Assembly: GCA_964427735.1 (NCBI GenBank)
Contig: CAYRUS010000001.1
Coordinates: 602,201-666,200 of the forward strand
Direction: 5' to 3'
Length of the DNA stretch: 64,000 nucleotides
Source of the DNA: an uncultured Gammaproteobacteria bacterium
Lineage (GTDB): Bacteria; Patescibacteriota; Microgenomatia; UBA8517
How positions within the stretch are numbered: the first letter of the stretch is position 1; the number at the start of each line of letters is the position of its first letter. The notes beneath the pieces were generated by a model. That model made no database searches and was not told the DNA's origin. It worked only from the letters and a program-made list of their open reading frames with translations. Both the position numbers and the translations under genes were made by a program. Below, piece by piece: positions 46,264 through 55,743 of this stretch.

Positions 46264-47379
46264 ATGGTGAAAGCTGGGATTAATGGATTTGGAAGGATAG
46301 GAAGACTGGCATTTAGAGTAGGAGTAAGCAAGCATCCTAATCAGATAGAGTTTGCTGCAATTAACACATCGGGAAGTATGGATGTAGATGGATGGGCACA
46401 TCTTGTTAACTATGACACGACTTACAGGAAATTTGAGAAGACAATTGGCTTCGAGAAAATTAAGAGTGCAAAAGAAGCAACAGACGAAGATCCTCTCATT
46501 GGATACCTTTTGTATGATAGGAAAAAAATACCTATTTTAGCCCAAAGAGATCCGGCAAAGATCCCATGGGGGAAATACGGTGTGGAGGTTGTAATAGAAT
46601 CTACAGGAATTTTTGCAACAGAAGATGAGGCAAAAAAACATGCAATAGGAGGAGCAAAAAGAGTAGTTATATCTGCTCCGAGTAAAGGAGGAAATGTTAG
46701 TACAGTTGTAATTGGGGTTAATGAATTGCCAGAGGAATCTCAAGGGCAACCAGTGGTAATATCAAATGCAAGTTGTACTACTAATTGCGTTGCTCCAGTC
46801 GCGGCTGTTATACACGCTAAGTTTGGTGTGGAAAAGGCAATGATGACAACTGTACATGGATATACAGATGATCAAAATTTGCAAGACAACTCTCATAGGG
46901 ACCTTAGACGTGCTAGAGCTGCAGCAGAAAATATCATTCCAACAACAACAGGTGCTGCAACTGCCACTATAGAAACAATCCCTGAGCTAGAAGGTCTTTT
47001 TGAAGGAATGGCATTGAGAGTACCGGTTGTAACTGGATCAATTAGTGATTTTACATTTCTTGTAAAGAAAGATGTAACAGTAGATGAAGTAAATCAAGCG
47101 TTTATAGATGCCTCACAGAACGCCATATACAAGGGTGTACTTGCAGTTACTGAACAACCTTTGGTTTCAAGCGATGTGATAGGTACAAGTGAATCTGCAA
47201 TTGTGGATTTATCATTAACGCAAGTTGTTGCTGGAAATATGGTTAAAGTTTTTGCTTGGTATGATAATGAGTGGGGGTACACAAATCGTCTTATTGAACA
47301 AACTATTCGTGTGGGGGATAGGTTAGACGCAAGAGAGGCGCCACAAGATCCAATCAGTTTGACTTTTAGGAATGGTTAG
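46264..47379 (+). CDS. gap: type I glyceraldehyde-3-phosphate dehydrogenase
   Basis: GINGFGRIGR NAD-binding motif, active-site SNASCTTNC, and the WYDNEWGY C-terminal motif. Confidence 0.9.
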   Translation: MVKAGINGFGRIGRLAFRVGVSKHPNQIEFAAINTSGSMDVDGWAHLVNYDTTYRKFEKTIGFEKIKSAKEATDEDPLIGYLLYDRKKIPILAQRDPAKIPWGKYGVEVVIESTGIFATEDEAKKHAIGGAKRVVISAPSKGGNVSTVVIGVNELPEESQGQPVVISNASCTTNCVAPVAAVIHAKFGVEKAMMTTVHGYTDDQNLQDNSHRDLRRARAAAENIIPTTTGAATATIETIPELEGLFEGMALRVPVVTGSISDFTFLVKKDVTVDEVNQAFIDASQNAIYKGVLAVTEQPLVSSDVIGTSESAIVDLSLTQVVAGNMVKVFAWYDNEWGYTNRLIEQTIRVGDRLDAREAPQDPISLTFRNG

Positions 47380-48277
47380 AGCATATTCGCGTCGTCAATT
47401 AGCAGTAGTTTCATTAATACTCGTGAGTTTTATTTATACTTTGCTAAACGTTGCTTCTAGGTTTTTAGCATTAGAGTTTGAATCTTTTACACAAGTCTAT
47501 CTGAGAATATTATTAGGTTTTTTAATTGGGACAATATTATTTAAGAGGAATATTAATTTCCCCAAAATTAAATCTACAAGTATAAAGGATTGGTGTTGGC
47601 TTTTTTTAATGGGTGTTGTTGGATATTCTGTATTTGTTTATTTAATAACATTAGGTGCTATTAATACGAAGTTGATAAACGTATCAATAATTTATTCTAC
47701 CTTTATTTTTTTTGTTTATATCCTATCAGCTTTCTTTTTAAAGGAAAACTACGACAAGAAAATTATCGTAATGCTGGCAGCTTCTTTTTGGGGGATGGTC
47801 ATGCTTACAACTAATAATATCATGCCAACTAATTTAACTTTAAATAAAGGTGATATATATGTATTTTTATCAGCTGCTGCATTCTCTTTATTTATATTAG
47901 GAAGAAAAAAATTAAGCAATGATCTTAATAATGAAGAAATAACAGTGGTTGTTATGGCAATTGCATTTGTAACAAGCTTTGTTTTTGCTTATATACTTGG
48001 ACAATCAGTTGAATTAGTTAATTTCACAAACCCACTTGTGCTTTTGGGTTTAATTATTGGTGGTATTGGTAATATCGTTTCAACGTTTCTGGAGAACTTT
48101 GCATTTGAACATTTGAGTTCTGTTATTGGAAGCCAACTTTTACTTTCTGAGAATATATTTTCATTAATTATTGGATATATTTTGTATAATGAGACTATTA
48201 GTTTTATACAAGTATTTGGTGTCACAGTCGTGATTGGAAGTGTATACTACACGAACATACTATTGAATAGTAGGTAG
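47372..48277 (+). CDS. DMT-superfamily (EamA-like) transporter
   Basis: About 10 TM helices in two halves. It overlaps the gap stop by 8 nt. Confidence 0.6.
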   Translation: MVRAYSRRQLAVVSLILVSFIYTLLNVASRFLALEFESFTQVYLRILLGFLIGTILFKRNINFPKIKSTSIKDWCWLFLMGVVGYSVFVYLITLGAINTKLINVSIIYSTFIFFVYILSAFFLKENYDKKIIVMLAASFWGMVMLTTNNIMPTNLTLNKGDIYVFLSAAAFSLFILGRKKLSNDLNNEEITVVVMAIAFVTSFVFAYILGQSVELVNFTNPLVLLGLIIGGIGNIVSTFLENFAFEHLSSVIGSQLLLSENIFSLIIGYILYNETISFIQVFGVTVVIGSVYYTNILLNSR

Positions 48278-48354
48278 ATAGAGTTACAAACTGCTTATAG
48301 TTAATTTATGTTTAGACTTATTGTTTTTACCTGCTACAATGAATTTACCTGCCT

Positions 48355-49635
48355 ATGATAGAAGTTTATCCTACAATACTTACTAGCGATAAATTAGAAT
48401 TAAAAGATCTCTTGGATAAGTCTCTTGGTAAAGTTCCGAGAGTACAAATAGATATTGTAGATGGGATTTATGCGGACAATAAAACAATTGATCCAAGAGA
48501 TGTAATTGAAATAAACCCTTCATTGACAATAGATTTTCAATTAATGGTCAAAGAACCTGATTATTGGATTAACAAGTGCAAAGGAGTAACAGGAAGAATT
48601 ATTGGTCATATTGAAATGATGAAAGACCAAGCAAGGTTTGTTGATGCAGTGAAGGATGCAAAATTTGCTCCAGGACTTGGTTTGAATTTAAACACTCCTA
48701 TAGAAGAACTAGATGAGGATTTGCTTTCGGAATTGGATGTTGTGTTGCTGATGTCTGTCCCTGCAGGATTTAATGGACAGGAATTCAGACCAGAAGTGTT
48801 AGAGAAAATTAAAAAATTAGACAATATCAGGAAATCAAAAAAACTTCCCTTTAAAATTTGTATAGACGGGGGAATCACAAAAGAAAATATTATAGAAATA
48901 GCCGACGCTGGTGCGGATGAGGCTGCGATAGGGAAAAGAATTTATGAAGGAGGAGTTGGAGACAACCTAGACTCTTACAGAAAAGCATCTTTAGAAAGTG
49001 AGATTTTAGTCCATAAGCCAAGACAGTTAATAAAAAATGTTGCCTTTTTTGGAGACAGCCATACACCTGAAGAAGATCAAATCTATAAAGATGCATTTGA
49101 GATAGCAAAAGAACTGGCAAAAAATGGTTATACCATTGTGAATGGTGGAGGTCCTGGAATAATGAATGCATCTACACAAGGAGCTCGTGCGGCAGGAGGG
49201 GAGACACTGTCAGTAACATTTGATCCTACTGATGCTCCTGGTTTTGAAGGACGCTACGTAGGCAATACAACTGATCAAGAAGTAAAAACAACAAATTATA
49301 TTGAAAGAATGTTTAAGCTAATGGAACATGCTGATATATATATTATTTTTAAGGGAGGCTCAGGGACAATTAGTGAGTTTGGTACAGCGTGGGTATTGGC
49401 AAAACTTTATTATGGTCACCACAAACCATTCATACTTTACGGCAACTTTTGGGCTGAAATTATTGATGTTTTAAGGAAAAACATGAATTTAGATAAAGAA
49501 GAACTTGGTGCATTTGAAATTGTTGGAAGGAAAGAAGACATTTTACCGACCATAAAACGTTTTGAAAAGAAAATTGCTGCTAATGATCATAGTAAAGATT
49601 GCAAGGTATGCTTGGATAAAGCTTTTATGTCATAA
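48355..49635 (+). CDS. fusion protein: ribulose-phosphate 3-epimerase-like N-domain plus LOG/TIGR00730 Rossmann-fold C-domain
   Basis: N-terminal half: PTILTSD, QIDIVDGIYA, VLLMSVPAGFNGQEF and IDGGI, which are RPE motifs. C-terminal half: VAFFGDSHTP, VNGGGPGIMNAS and FKGGSGTISEF (the LOG PGGxGTxxE motif). It is one continuous 426-codon ORF. Confidence 0.7.
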   Translation: MIEVYPTILTSDKLELKDLLDKSLGKVPRVQIDIVDGIYADNKTIDPRDVIEINPSLTIDFQLMVKEPDYWINKCKGVTGRIIGHIEMMKDQARFVDAVKDAKFAPGLGLNLNTPIEELDEDLLSELDVVLLMSVPAGFNGQEFRPEVLEKIKKLDNIRKSKKLPFKICIDGGITKENIIEIADAGADEAAIGKRIYEGGVGDNLDSYRKASLESEILVHKPRQLIKNVAFFGDSHTPEEDQIYKDAFEIAKELAKNGYTIVNGGGPGIMNASTQGARAAGGETLSVTFDPTDAPGFEGRYVGNTTDQEVKTTNYIERMFKLMEHADIYIIFKGGSGTISEFGTAWVLAKLYYGHHKPFILYGNFWAEIIDVLRKNMNLDKEELGAFEIVGRKEDILPTIKRFEKKIAANDHSKDCKVCLDKAFMS

Positions 49636-49636
49636 C

Positions 49637-50479
49637 ATGACTTTACAAGAACTAGAAAAAAAGGCTAACGAAATAAGACAAGATATTATAAAAATGCTGG
49701 TTGAGGCTGGATCAGGTCATTCGGCAGGTCCCCTTGGAATGACAGATGTATTTACTGCTCTTTATTTTAATTTACTAAAACATAACCCTAAAGACCCACT
49801 GTGGGAAGAACGCGATAGGCTTTTTTTGTCTTGTGGACATATCGTACCTGTGCGTTATGCAACAATGGCTCATGCGGGATATTTTGATAAAAAGGAGTTA
49901 ATGACTTTAAGAAAATTAGGTTCTGATTTACAAGGCCACCCTGAAAGAGAACGGATGGTTTCAATGGAATCAACTTCAGGTCCTTTAGGTTCTGGGCTAG
50001 CACAGGCGGCAGGATATGCATATGCTGCGAGGATGGATTCTAAAAAATTTAGGGTCTATTGTGTGTGTTCTGATGGTGAACACCAGGAGGGAAATCACTG
50101 GGAGGGAGTAATGTTTTCAGGAAGCAATAGACTTAGTAATTTAACTGTTTTTGTTGATAGAAATAATATTCAAATCGATGGTTATACAGAAGATGTAATG
50201 CCATTGGAGCCTTTGGCTGATAAATATGCTAGCTTTAATTGGCATGTTTTACATATAAACGGCCACAATATAGAAGAGATAATAGATGCCGCTGAACATG
50301 CCAAAGCTGTATATGAAAAGCCAACGGTTATTCTTTGCCACACTATTCCTGGAAAAGGAGTTTCTTTTATGGAAAACATGTATGAATGGCACGGAAAACC
50401 TCCAAACGAAGAGGAAGCAAAAAAAGCTTTAAATGAATTAAGAACCTTGGGAGGAAAAATTAAAAGTGAACATGAATAA
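49637..50479 (+). CDS. transketolase, N-terminal (TPP-binding) subunit
   Basis: The start is taken at ATG 49637, just after the upstream stop. GSGHSAGPLGMTDV and a GDG-type motif (CSDGEHQEGNHWE) are present. Confidence 0.85.
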   Translation: MTLQELEKKANEIRQDIIKMLVEAGSGHSAGPLGMTDVFTALYFNLLKHNPKDPLWEERDRLFLSCGHIVPVRYATMAHAGYFDKKELMTLRKLGSDLQGHPERERMVSMESTSGPLGSGLAQAAGYAYAARMDSKKFRVYCVCSDGEHQEGNHWEGVMFSGSNRLSNLTVFVDRNNIQIDGYTEDVMPLEPLADKYASFNWHVLHINGHNIEEIIDAAEHAKAVYEKPTVILCHTIPGKGVSFMENMYEWHGKPPNEEEAKKALNELRTLGGKIKSEHE

Positions 50480-50487
50480 AAATAAAC

Positions 50488-51483
50488 ATGTTAAATAAAA
50501 CAAAACACCTAAGTACTGAAGTCTTTTCAAAAGATATAAAAAAAGAACCAACCAGAAATGGATACGGGGAGGGTTTGGTTGAAGCCGGAAAGAAGAATGA
50601 AAATATTGTTGTCTTATGTGCAGATTTGACTGAAAGCACCAGAAGCGAAGCCTTTAAAAATCAGTTTCCTGATAGATTTGTAGAAATTGGTGTAGCAGAA
50701 CAAGCACTAGCCACAGTCGCATCCGGAATGGCAAATTATGGAAAGATTCCCTTTATTTCCTCATATGCAGCTTTTTCTCCAGGTAGAAATTGGGAGCAAA
50801 TTAGAACAACAATTTGTCTGAATAATGTTCCAGTCAAGATTGCAGGAGCTCATGCTGGAATATCTGTTGGTCCTGATGGTGCTACTCACCAAATGCTCGA
50901 AGATATTGCTTTAATGAGGGCTTTGCCAAATATGATTGTTATTGTTCCCGCTGATAAAGAGGAAACAAAAAAGGCAGTAATTGAAGCAGCAGAAAATGGC
51001 AAACCAACATATATTCGCTTTGCAAGATCAGGGACACCTGTCTTTACAACTGGAAAAACTCCATTTAAAACAGGTAAAGCAGAAATTTTATGGGAGAGTA
51101 AAGATGCTGAAGCTACAATTATTGCCTGCGGACCTCTTGTGTACGAGGCACTTCTAGCAGCAAAAGAATTGGACGAAATGGGAATTGGTACTATTGTTGT
51201 AAATAACCACACGATAAAGCCTCTTGATATTCACACAATCACAAGTTGTGTAAAAAAAACCAATGCGGTGATCACTGTAGAAGAGCATCAAACTACTGGT
51301 GGTCTTGGTGGAGCTATTGCAGAAATGCTTGTTAGAGATTTTCCTGTTCCAATGGAGATGGTTGGGATGCCTGATTCATTTGGAGAAAGTGGCGAGCCAG
51401 ATGAATTACTATCAAAATACGGGATGAAAGCTAAGGATATTGCTAAAGCTGTAAAAAAAATAATTGGAAGAAAAAGCTTTTGA
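50488..51483 (+). CDS. transketolase, C-terminal (pyrimidine-binding) subunit
   Basis: RNGYGEGLVEAG and FVEIGVAEQALATVASGMA motifs, plus the C-terminal transketolase_C region. Confidence 0.85.
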   Translation: MLNKTKHLSTEVFSKDIKKEPTRNGYGEGLVEAGKKNENIVVLCADLTESTRSEAFKNQFPDRFVEIGVAEQALATVASGMANYGKIPFISSYAAFSPGRNWEQIRTTICLNNVPVKIAGAHAGISVGPDGATHQMLEDIALMRALPNMIVIVPADKEETKKAVIEAAENGKPTYIRFARSGTPVFTTGKTPFKTGKAEILWESKDAEATIIACGPLVYEALLAAKELDEMGIGTIVVNNHTIKPLDIHTITSCVKKTNAVITVEEHQTTGGLGGAIAEMLVRDFPVPMEMVGMPDSFGESGEPDELLSKYGMKAKDIAKAVKKIIGRKSF

Positions 51484-51495
51484 AGTTATAAGTTT

Positions 51496-51954
51496 TTATA
51501 AATTTGCCTCCAGATTATTGGCATCATTCAGACAAGATAAAAACTCATTTGTCTCAGTCCAACCGCATTTCCCATCGCTTTGTTTCTCACAAATGGCAAG
51601 ATCATAGCAGCCATATTCTTCTTTGAATTCACAAGTTGTAACAATATCTTCTTCCGCACAAACTTGGCTGCTACAACCTGTTATGACGCAACCATCTTTT
51701 GCCGTTCGAGTAATAGGTGTTACAGGTAATGGTGAAAGACTGCCATTTTCAATAGTTTGTGTATATTTTTCTCCAGAATTTGTAATGCAAACAGCAGGAT
51801 AGCTTTCTTCAATAACACTATCAGGGAGAAGTGTACACTCTTCAAAGTTGCTTACAGTTATTTTTTTATTATTTATGATTGGGTATAAACCTAAAACAAG
51901 AAGAGTAATTATTAGAATGCCTAAAATAGTCCAAGCAATAAACAGCTTTTTCAT
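51496..51954 (-). CDS. Cys-rich (10 Cys) membrane-anchored exported protein, hypothetical
   Basis: N-terminal TM helix, then a C..C pattern: CTLL, CITN, GCVITGCSSQVC, TCEF, GCYDLAIC, KCGW, SC. Confidence 0.45.
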   Translation of the reverse strand: MKKLFIAWTILGILIITLLVLGLYPIINNKKITVSNFEECTLLPDSVIEESYPAVCITNSGEKYTQTIENGSLSPLPVTPITRTAKDGCVITGCSSQVCAEEDIVTTCEFKEEYGCYDLAICEKQSDGKCGWTETNEFLSCLNDANNLEANL

Positions 51955-51998
51955 ATATTTTTTGATATTTATTATTTAAGACAGTAGTCTATGAATAT

Positions 51999-52925
51999 TT
52001 ATTTGTTAAGTTTTTGAGCTTTTAATCTTCTTCTGAATATATAAATTAGTACAAGAATAGGTAACCAGATGACTGAGTAAACTCCTAACCAAATAGCCAG
52101 AGAAGCAATGTCTCTAAGAGAACTAATTAAAGACCTAACAGCAAGTTTAAAGATAACAGAAGGACGAAAAGTTTCATCAGGCGTGTATGGTAGTGCAATT
52201 TCATCTGTAGAAAGATAAATAGTAAGTTTTGCCAGCCTTGAATTTTCTTCTAGAGATTCTTGTTGTCCTTTTATTGAATCAATTTGACTTTGAATATTTA
52301 TAATTTCCCTGGTTACTTTAGTTATATCTTCTACTTGGGTTGCTGTTGAGAGGATTGATTCGTATTTTTCTTTTGTCTGCTCTAAAGTAGAAAGGCGTGT
52401 ATCAAGGTCAATGTATTGATCTGTAACATCTTTGCCATATATATTCTCTGATACTACTTTAATTGATTGATTACGAAAGTAAGTGAGAGACTCCTCCAGT
52501 CTATCTGCAGGAATTCTAATAACAATCATAGCACTTGGAGTGTCTACTGGGTTAGAAATATTTGAATTTACCATATATCCACCAATCTGATCGGTGTAAT
52601 TAAGTATTGTTTCTCTTGCTTTATTTACATCTTCAACCAGAAGAGATAAATCAGACTCTTGAATAACCATTCTATTTTCAACATCAGGTTGAGGCGTATA
52701 ATCATCAATTGGTCGAGGGAGGGATATTCCTCTTGATACTCCTGCAGTAGGTCCGCCTAGATTAGAATCTAGTGCAGCAGGAAAAGATTGTTCTAAGGTT
52801 CTAGATTGCGTTAGCCTTGAAGATCTTAGAAAATTTTTAGTAAAAGAGATAAATATAAAAGAAAAAACTATAATTAATAGAAGTGTTGAGAGTTTATTTC
52901 GTTTAATCCAGTCTATTAGGAACAT
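51999..52925 (-). CDS. DUF4349-domain protein
   Basis: N-terminal TM, a central region matching DUF4349 (IRIPADRLEESLTYFRN...DVTDQYIDLDTRLSTLEQTKEKYESIL...), a coiled coil, and a C-terminal TM. Confidence 0.6.
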   Translation of the reverse strand: MFLIDWIKRNKLSTLLLIIVFSFIFISFTKNFLRSSRLTQSRTLEQSFPAALDSNLGGPTAGVSRGISLPRPIDDYTPQPDVENRMVIQESDLSLLVEDVNKARETILNYTDQIGGYMVNSNISNPVDTPSAMIVIRIPADRLEESLTYFRNQSIKVVSENIYGKDVTDQYIDLDTRLSTLEQTKEKYESILSTATQVEDITKVTREIINIQSQIDSIKGQQESLEENSRLAKLTIYLSTDEIALPYTPDETFRPSVIFKLAVRSLISSLRDIASLAIWLGVYSVIWLPILVLIYIFRRRLKAQKLNK

Positions 52926-53045
52926 AAATTAATTATCTGATTTTTTGGTGAAATTTGCAATTAAATTAATTTTGATATTTAGATACTATAGATGGAATAA
53001 CATTATTTATGTTAGTATAAACAGATGAAAAAGGGGGTGATTTAA

Positions 53046-53546
53046 ATGGAGAACGACCAAAACGAAGTTAAGGCAAAAGGAGCTTCAATGCCTGTAATAG
53101 CCGGAGTTATTGTACTTTTACTAGTAGTTGCTGTTGGCGCTTATCTTTTGATGTCTAACAGAAGTATTAGTACTGAAGTGTCTGATATTACTGATGAAAT
53201 GGCACAAGATCTTCCATCTGCACCGGATATGGAAGTAAGTGAGACTACAGAAGAAGAGGCAGACAACATTGTTGATATTAGTGTAGAAGCAGATGAGTTT
53301 TCATTTTCACCTGCAGAAATTACAGTTAATGAAGGTGAAACTGTCAGGATTACGCTCACAAACGTAGGGACAATGTCTCATGATTTTGTTATAGATGAGT
53401 TTGCTGGAGCGAGAACTAGAGAGCTTGAACCAGGTGAATCTGAGACAGTTGTTTTTACACCTGATGGTGTTGGTGAGTACAATTTTTATTGCAGTATAGT
53501 AGATCATAGAGCAATGGGAATGGAAGGCACTCTTATTGTCGAATAA
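53046..53546 (+). CDS. membrane-anchored cupredoxin (plastocyanin/azurin-like type-1 copper) domain protein
   Basis: SD AAAGGGGGTG, N-terminal TM, and a cupredoxin fold whose ligands are spaced correctly (H in MSHDF, C in YCS, H in DHR, M in MGM). Confidence 0.7.
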   Translation: MENDQNEVKAKGASMPVIAGVIVLLLVVAVGAYLLMSNRSISTEVSDITDEMAQDLPSAPDMEVSETTEEEADNIVDISVEADEFSFSPAEITVNEGETVRITLTNVGTMSHDFVIDEFAGARTRELEPGESETVVFTPDGVGEYNFYCSIVDHRAMGMEGTLIVE

Positions 53547-53589
53547 AAAAGTGATTGTTCACTTCTTTTTAAGGTGATAGAGTGAGTAT

Positions 53590-54609
53590 ATGAATAAAGC
53601 TGTCCTGAAAGAAATTGCTCTTAAACTTGTTGCTCCTAAAAAGGGGATATTAGCTGCTGACTGGAGCTTGTCCTCAAGTGAAAAGCATTTTGGAAAAAAT
53701 GGGATAGAACACACTTTAGAAAATAGACGAAAGTATCGCCAAATGCTTTTTACTGTTGATGGATTGGAAAAATACATCAGCGGTGTTATTTTTTTTGAAG
53801 AAACTTTAAAACAACGTACGGATCAAGGGGAAACTTTTCCTAGATACTTAAATGAAAAAGGCATAATTCCTGGAATAAAAGTGGATAAAGGTGCGTATGA
53901 CATGTCTAATTTTACTGGAGAAAAGCTCACGCGTGGGTTGGATGATTTAAGTGAAAGGCTAGAAGAATATAAACATTTTGGAGCAAGGTTTACTAAGTGG
54001 AGAGCTGTGATTACAATTGGTGATTCAATACCCTCTTTGGAGTGCTTAGAGGCGAATGCACAAAGGCTTGCTGAATATGCTGCAACAAGTCAAGAATTTG
54101 ATTTAGTTCCCATTGTTGAGCCTGAAGTATTGATGGAGGGAAACCACAGTATCGAAGAATCAATGGAAACAACTAAAAAAACACTTTTAACTTTATTTGG
54201 TTACTTGGAAAAGTATAATGTTTATCTTCCGGGTGTAATTCTTAAAACTAATTTTGTTCATCCTGGGAAAGATTTTGGAGAAGTTAATGACAAAGAAGTA
54301 GCTCAGAAAACCTTGCAAGTTTTAGAGAGGGTTTTACCTCCTCACCTTCCTGGTGTTGTTTTTTTATCTGGTGGGGATTCGTCAGAAGAAGCTACAGCTC
54401 ACTTAAATGATGCTAACAAATTAAAACCAAAAGATTTTTCCTGGCCTTTGACTTTTTCCTATGCTAGAGCGATTCAGTACCCTGCTATTTCCATATGGCA
54501 AGGAAAAGAAGAAAATGTTACAAAAGCACAAAAAGCAATTATAAAAAGAGCAAAACTAAACAGTCTGGCAAGTGAAGGAAAGTATGCAAAAGAAATGGAA
54601 ATGAAGTGA
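53590..54609 (+). CDS. class I (eukaryote-type, Schiff-base) fructose-bisphosphate aldolase
   Basis: Aligns along its length to class I FBA: GILAAD, GIKVDKG, KWRAV, VPIVEPE, Schiff-base Lys in ILKTNFV, FLSGGDSSEEA and LTFSYARA. Confidence 0.85.
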   Translation: MNKAVLKEIALKLVAPKKGILAADWSLSSSEKHFGKNGIEHTLENRRKYRQMLFTVDGLEKYISGVIFFEETLKQRTDQGETFPRYLNEKGIIPGIKVDKGAYDMSNFTGEKLTRGLDDLSERLEEYKHFGARFTKWRAVITIGDSIPSLECLEANAQRLAEYAATSQEFDLVPIVEPEVLMEGNHSIEESMETTKKTLLTLFGYLEKYNVYLPGVILKTNFVHPGKDFGEVNDKEVAQKTLQVLERVLPPHLPGVVFLSGGDSSEEATAHLNDANKLKPKDFSWPLTFSYARAIQYPAISIWQGKEENVTKAQKAIIKRAKLNSLASEGKYAKEMEMK

Positions 54610-54679
54610 TTTTTTAAGTATTTTTTGTAGAATAATATAGAAAAAAAATGGGTTTGTGTTAAAATGTTAACAAAAATAG

Positions 54680-55720
54680 ATGGAAGATACTTCTGATAAT
54701 TTTAATAGGGAGGAGTTAGAAACTTTTCTCGAACAATTCAAACCTGAAATTGAAGGTAAATCTCCAGATGACAAAAAGAAAGAGGAAAAAGATTTTGAAA
54801 AAATTATAAAAAGGATTGTCAGAAGGTCTTTTATTGCAGATGAAATGCATGATCAAGAAAAATCCTTAAGAGAATTAATATCTGCAGTAAAAGACAGAGA
54901 AAAAAATATAGATATTAATTCAATAGTTGATTCATTAACTAAGAGTGAGTTTACTATAGATCCTCAAATTTACGAGATGGTACAAGAAGCATCTAATAAT
55001 TTATTGAAAAAATATCCTGGAGTAAAAGCAGTAATTCTTATGGGGAGCCCTATTCATGGAGGTGCAGTTGTGAGAAGAGCGATGTTACCTAAAGATTTGA
55101 TAGATCACAATGTCCCAATAGCTGATTTAGATTGGGGAATTATTGTAGAAGAACCATTAGAAAGAGGTGAATTGTCAAAACTTATAAAAGATATGGATAA
55201 AGAGCTAAGAAGTATAGCGAATTTGGAAGAACTAAACTCGATTAAAACCTGTCCTGTCACCAATCCTATAAAGAATTGGGTGAAAAATATTCAAAATGTA
55301 GAGGAAGCTCTGGCGCTATTAGAACCAAATAAAATAGCAGAATCGGATAATATTTTTCTATATTTAGAGCCTTCTTTTCCTTCTAAAGTAAATGAACAAA
55401 ATAGAGCATATATTTTTGAAGCTTTGAAAATCATGTATGCGGATGAAAGTACAAGGGATGATTGGAGATTAACAGTTATCAGCTTATTAATACAATGGGA
55501 AGGAATTCAATATCCTCAAGCTATTCACCATCTAAAAGAAAAGCACTTGGGACAAATGCCTGAAAACGAATCTTATTCACCTCAATTAGAATTTGCTTCC
55601 AAAGATCAAACAAAAAGATCAGAAGGTTTACGTCTGCAAGCTTCCTGTATATCACGTAGAGTTATGGGTAATCCACTAAGAAAATTTCTTTTAAGTACAA
55701 AATCTTTGACTCAAGAATAG
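54680..55720 (+). CDS. hypothetical protein with minimal nucleotidyltransferase-fold signature
   Basis: VILMGSPIHGGAVVRRA ... ADLDWGIIVEE fits the [GS]...DhD pattern of the pol-beta superfamily. The N- and C-terminal regions are unassigned. Confidence 0.4.
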   Translation: MEDTSDNFNREELETFLEQFKPEIEGKSPDDKKKEEKDFEKIIKRIVRRSFIADEMHDQEKSLRELISAVKDREKNIDINSIVDSLTKSEFTIDPQIYEMVQEASNNLLKKYPGVKAVILMGSPIHGGAVVRRAMLPKDLIDHNVPIADLDWGIIVEEPLERGELSKLIKDMDKELRSIANLEELNSIKTCPVTNPIKNWVKNIQNVEEALALLEPNKIAESDNIFLYLEPSFPSKVNEQNRAYIFEALKIMYADESTRDDWRLTVISLLIQWEGIQYPQAIHHLKEKHLGQMPENESYSPQLEFASKDQTKRSEGLRLQASCISRRVMGNPLRKFLLSTKSLTQE

Positions 55721-55743
55721 ATCTTTTCCTGTCGAGTTTCAAT

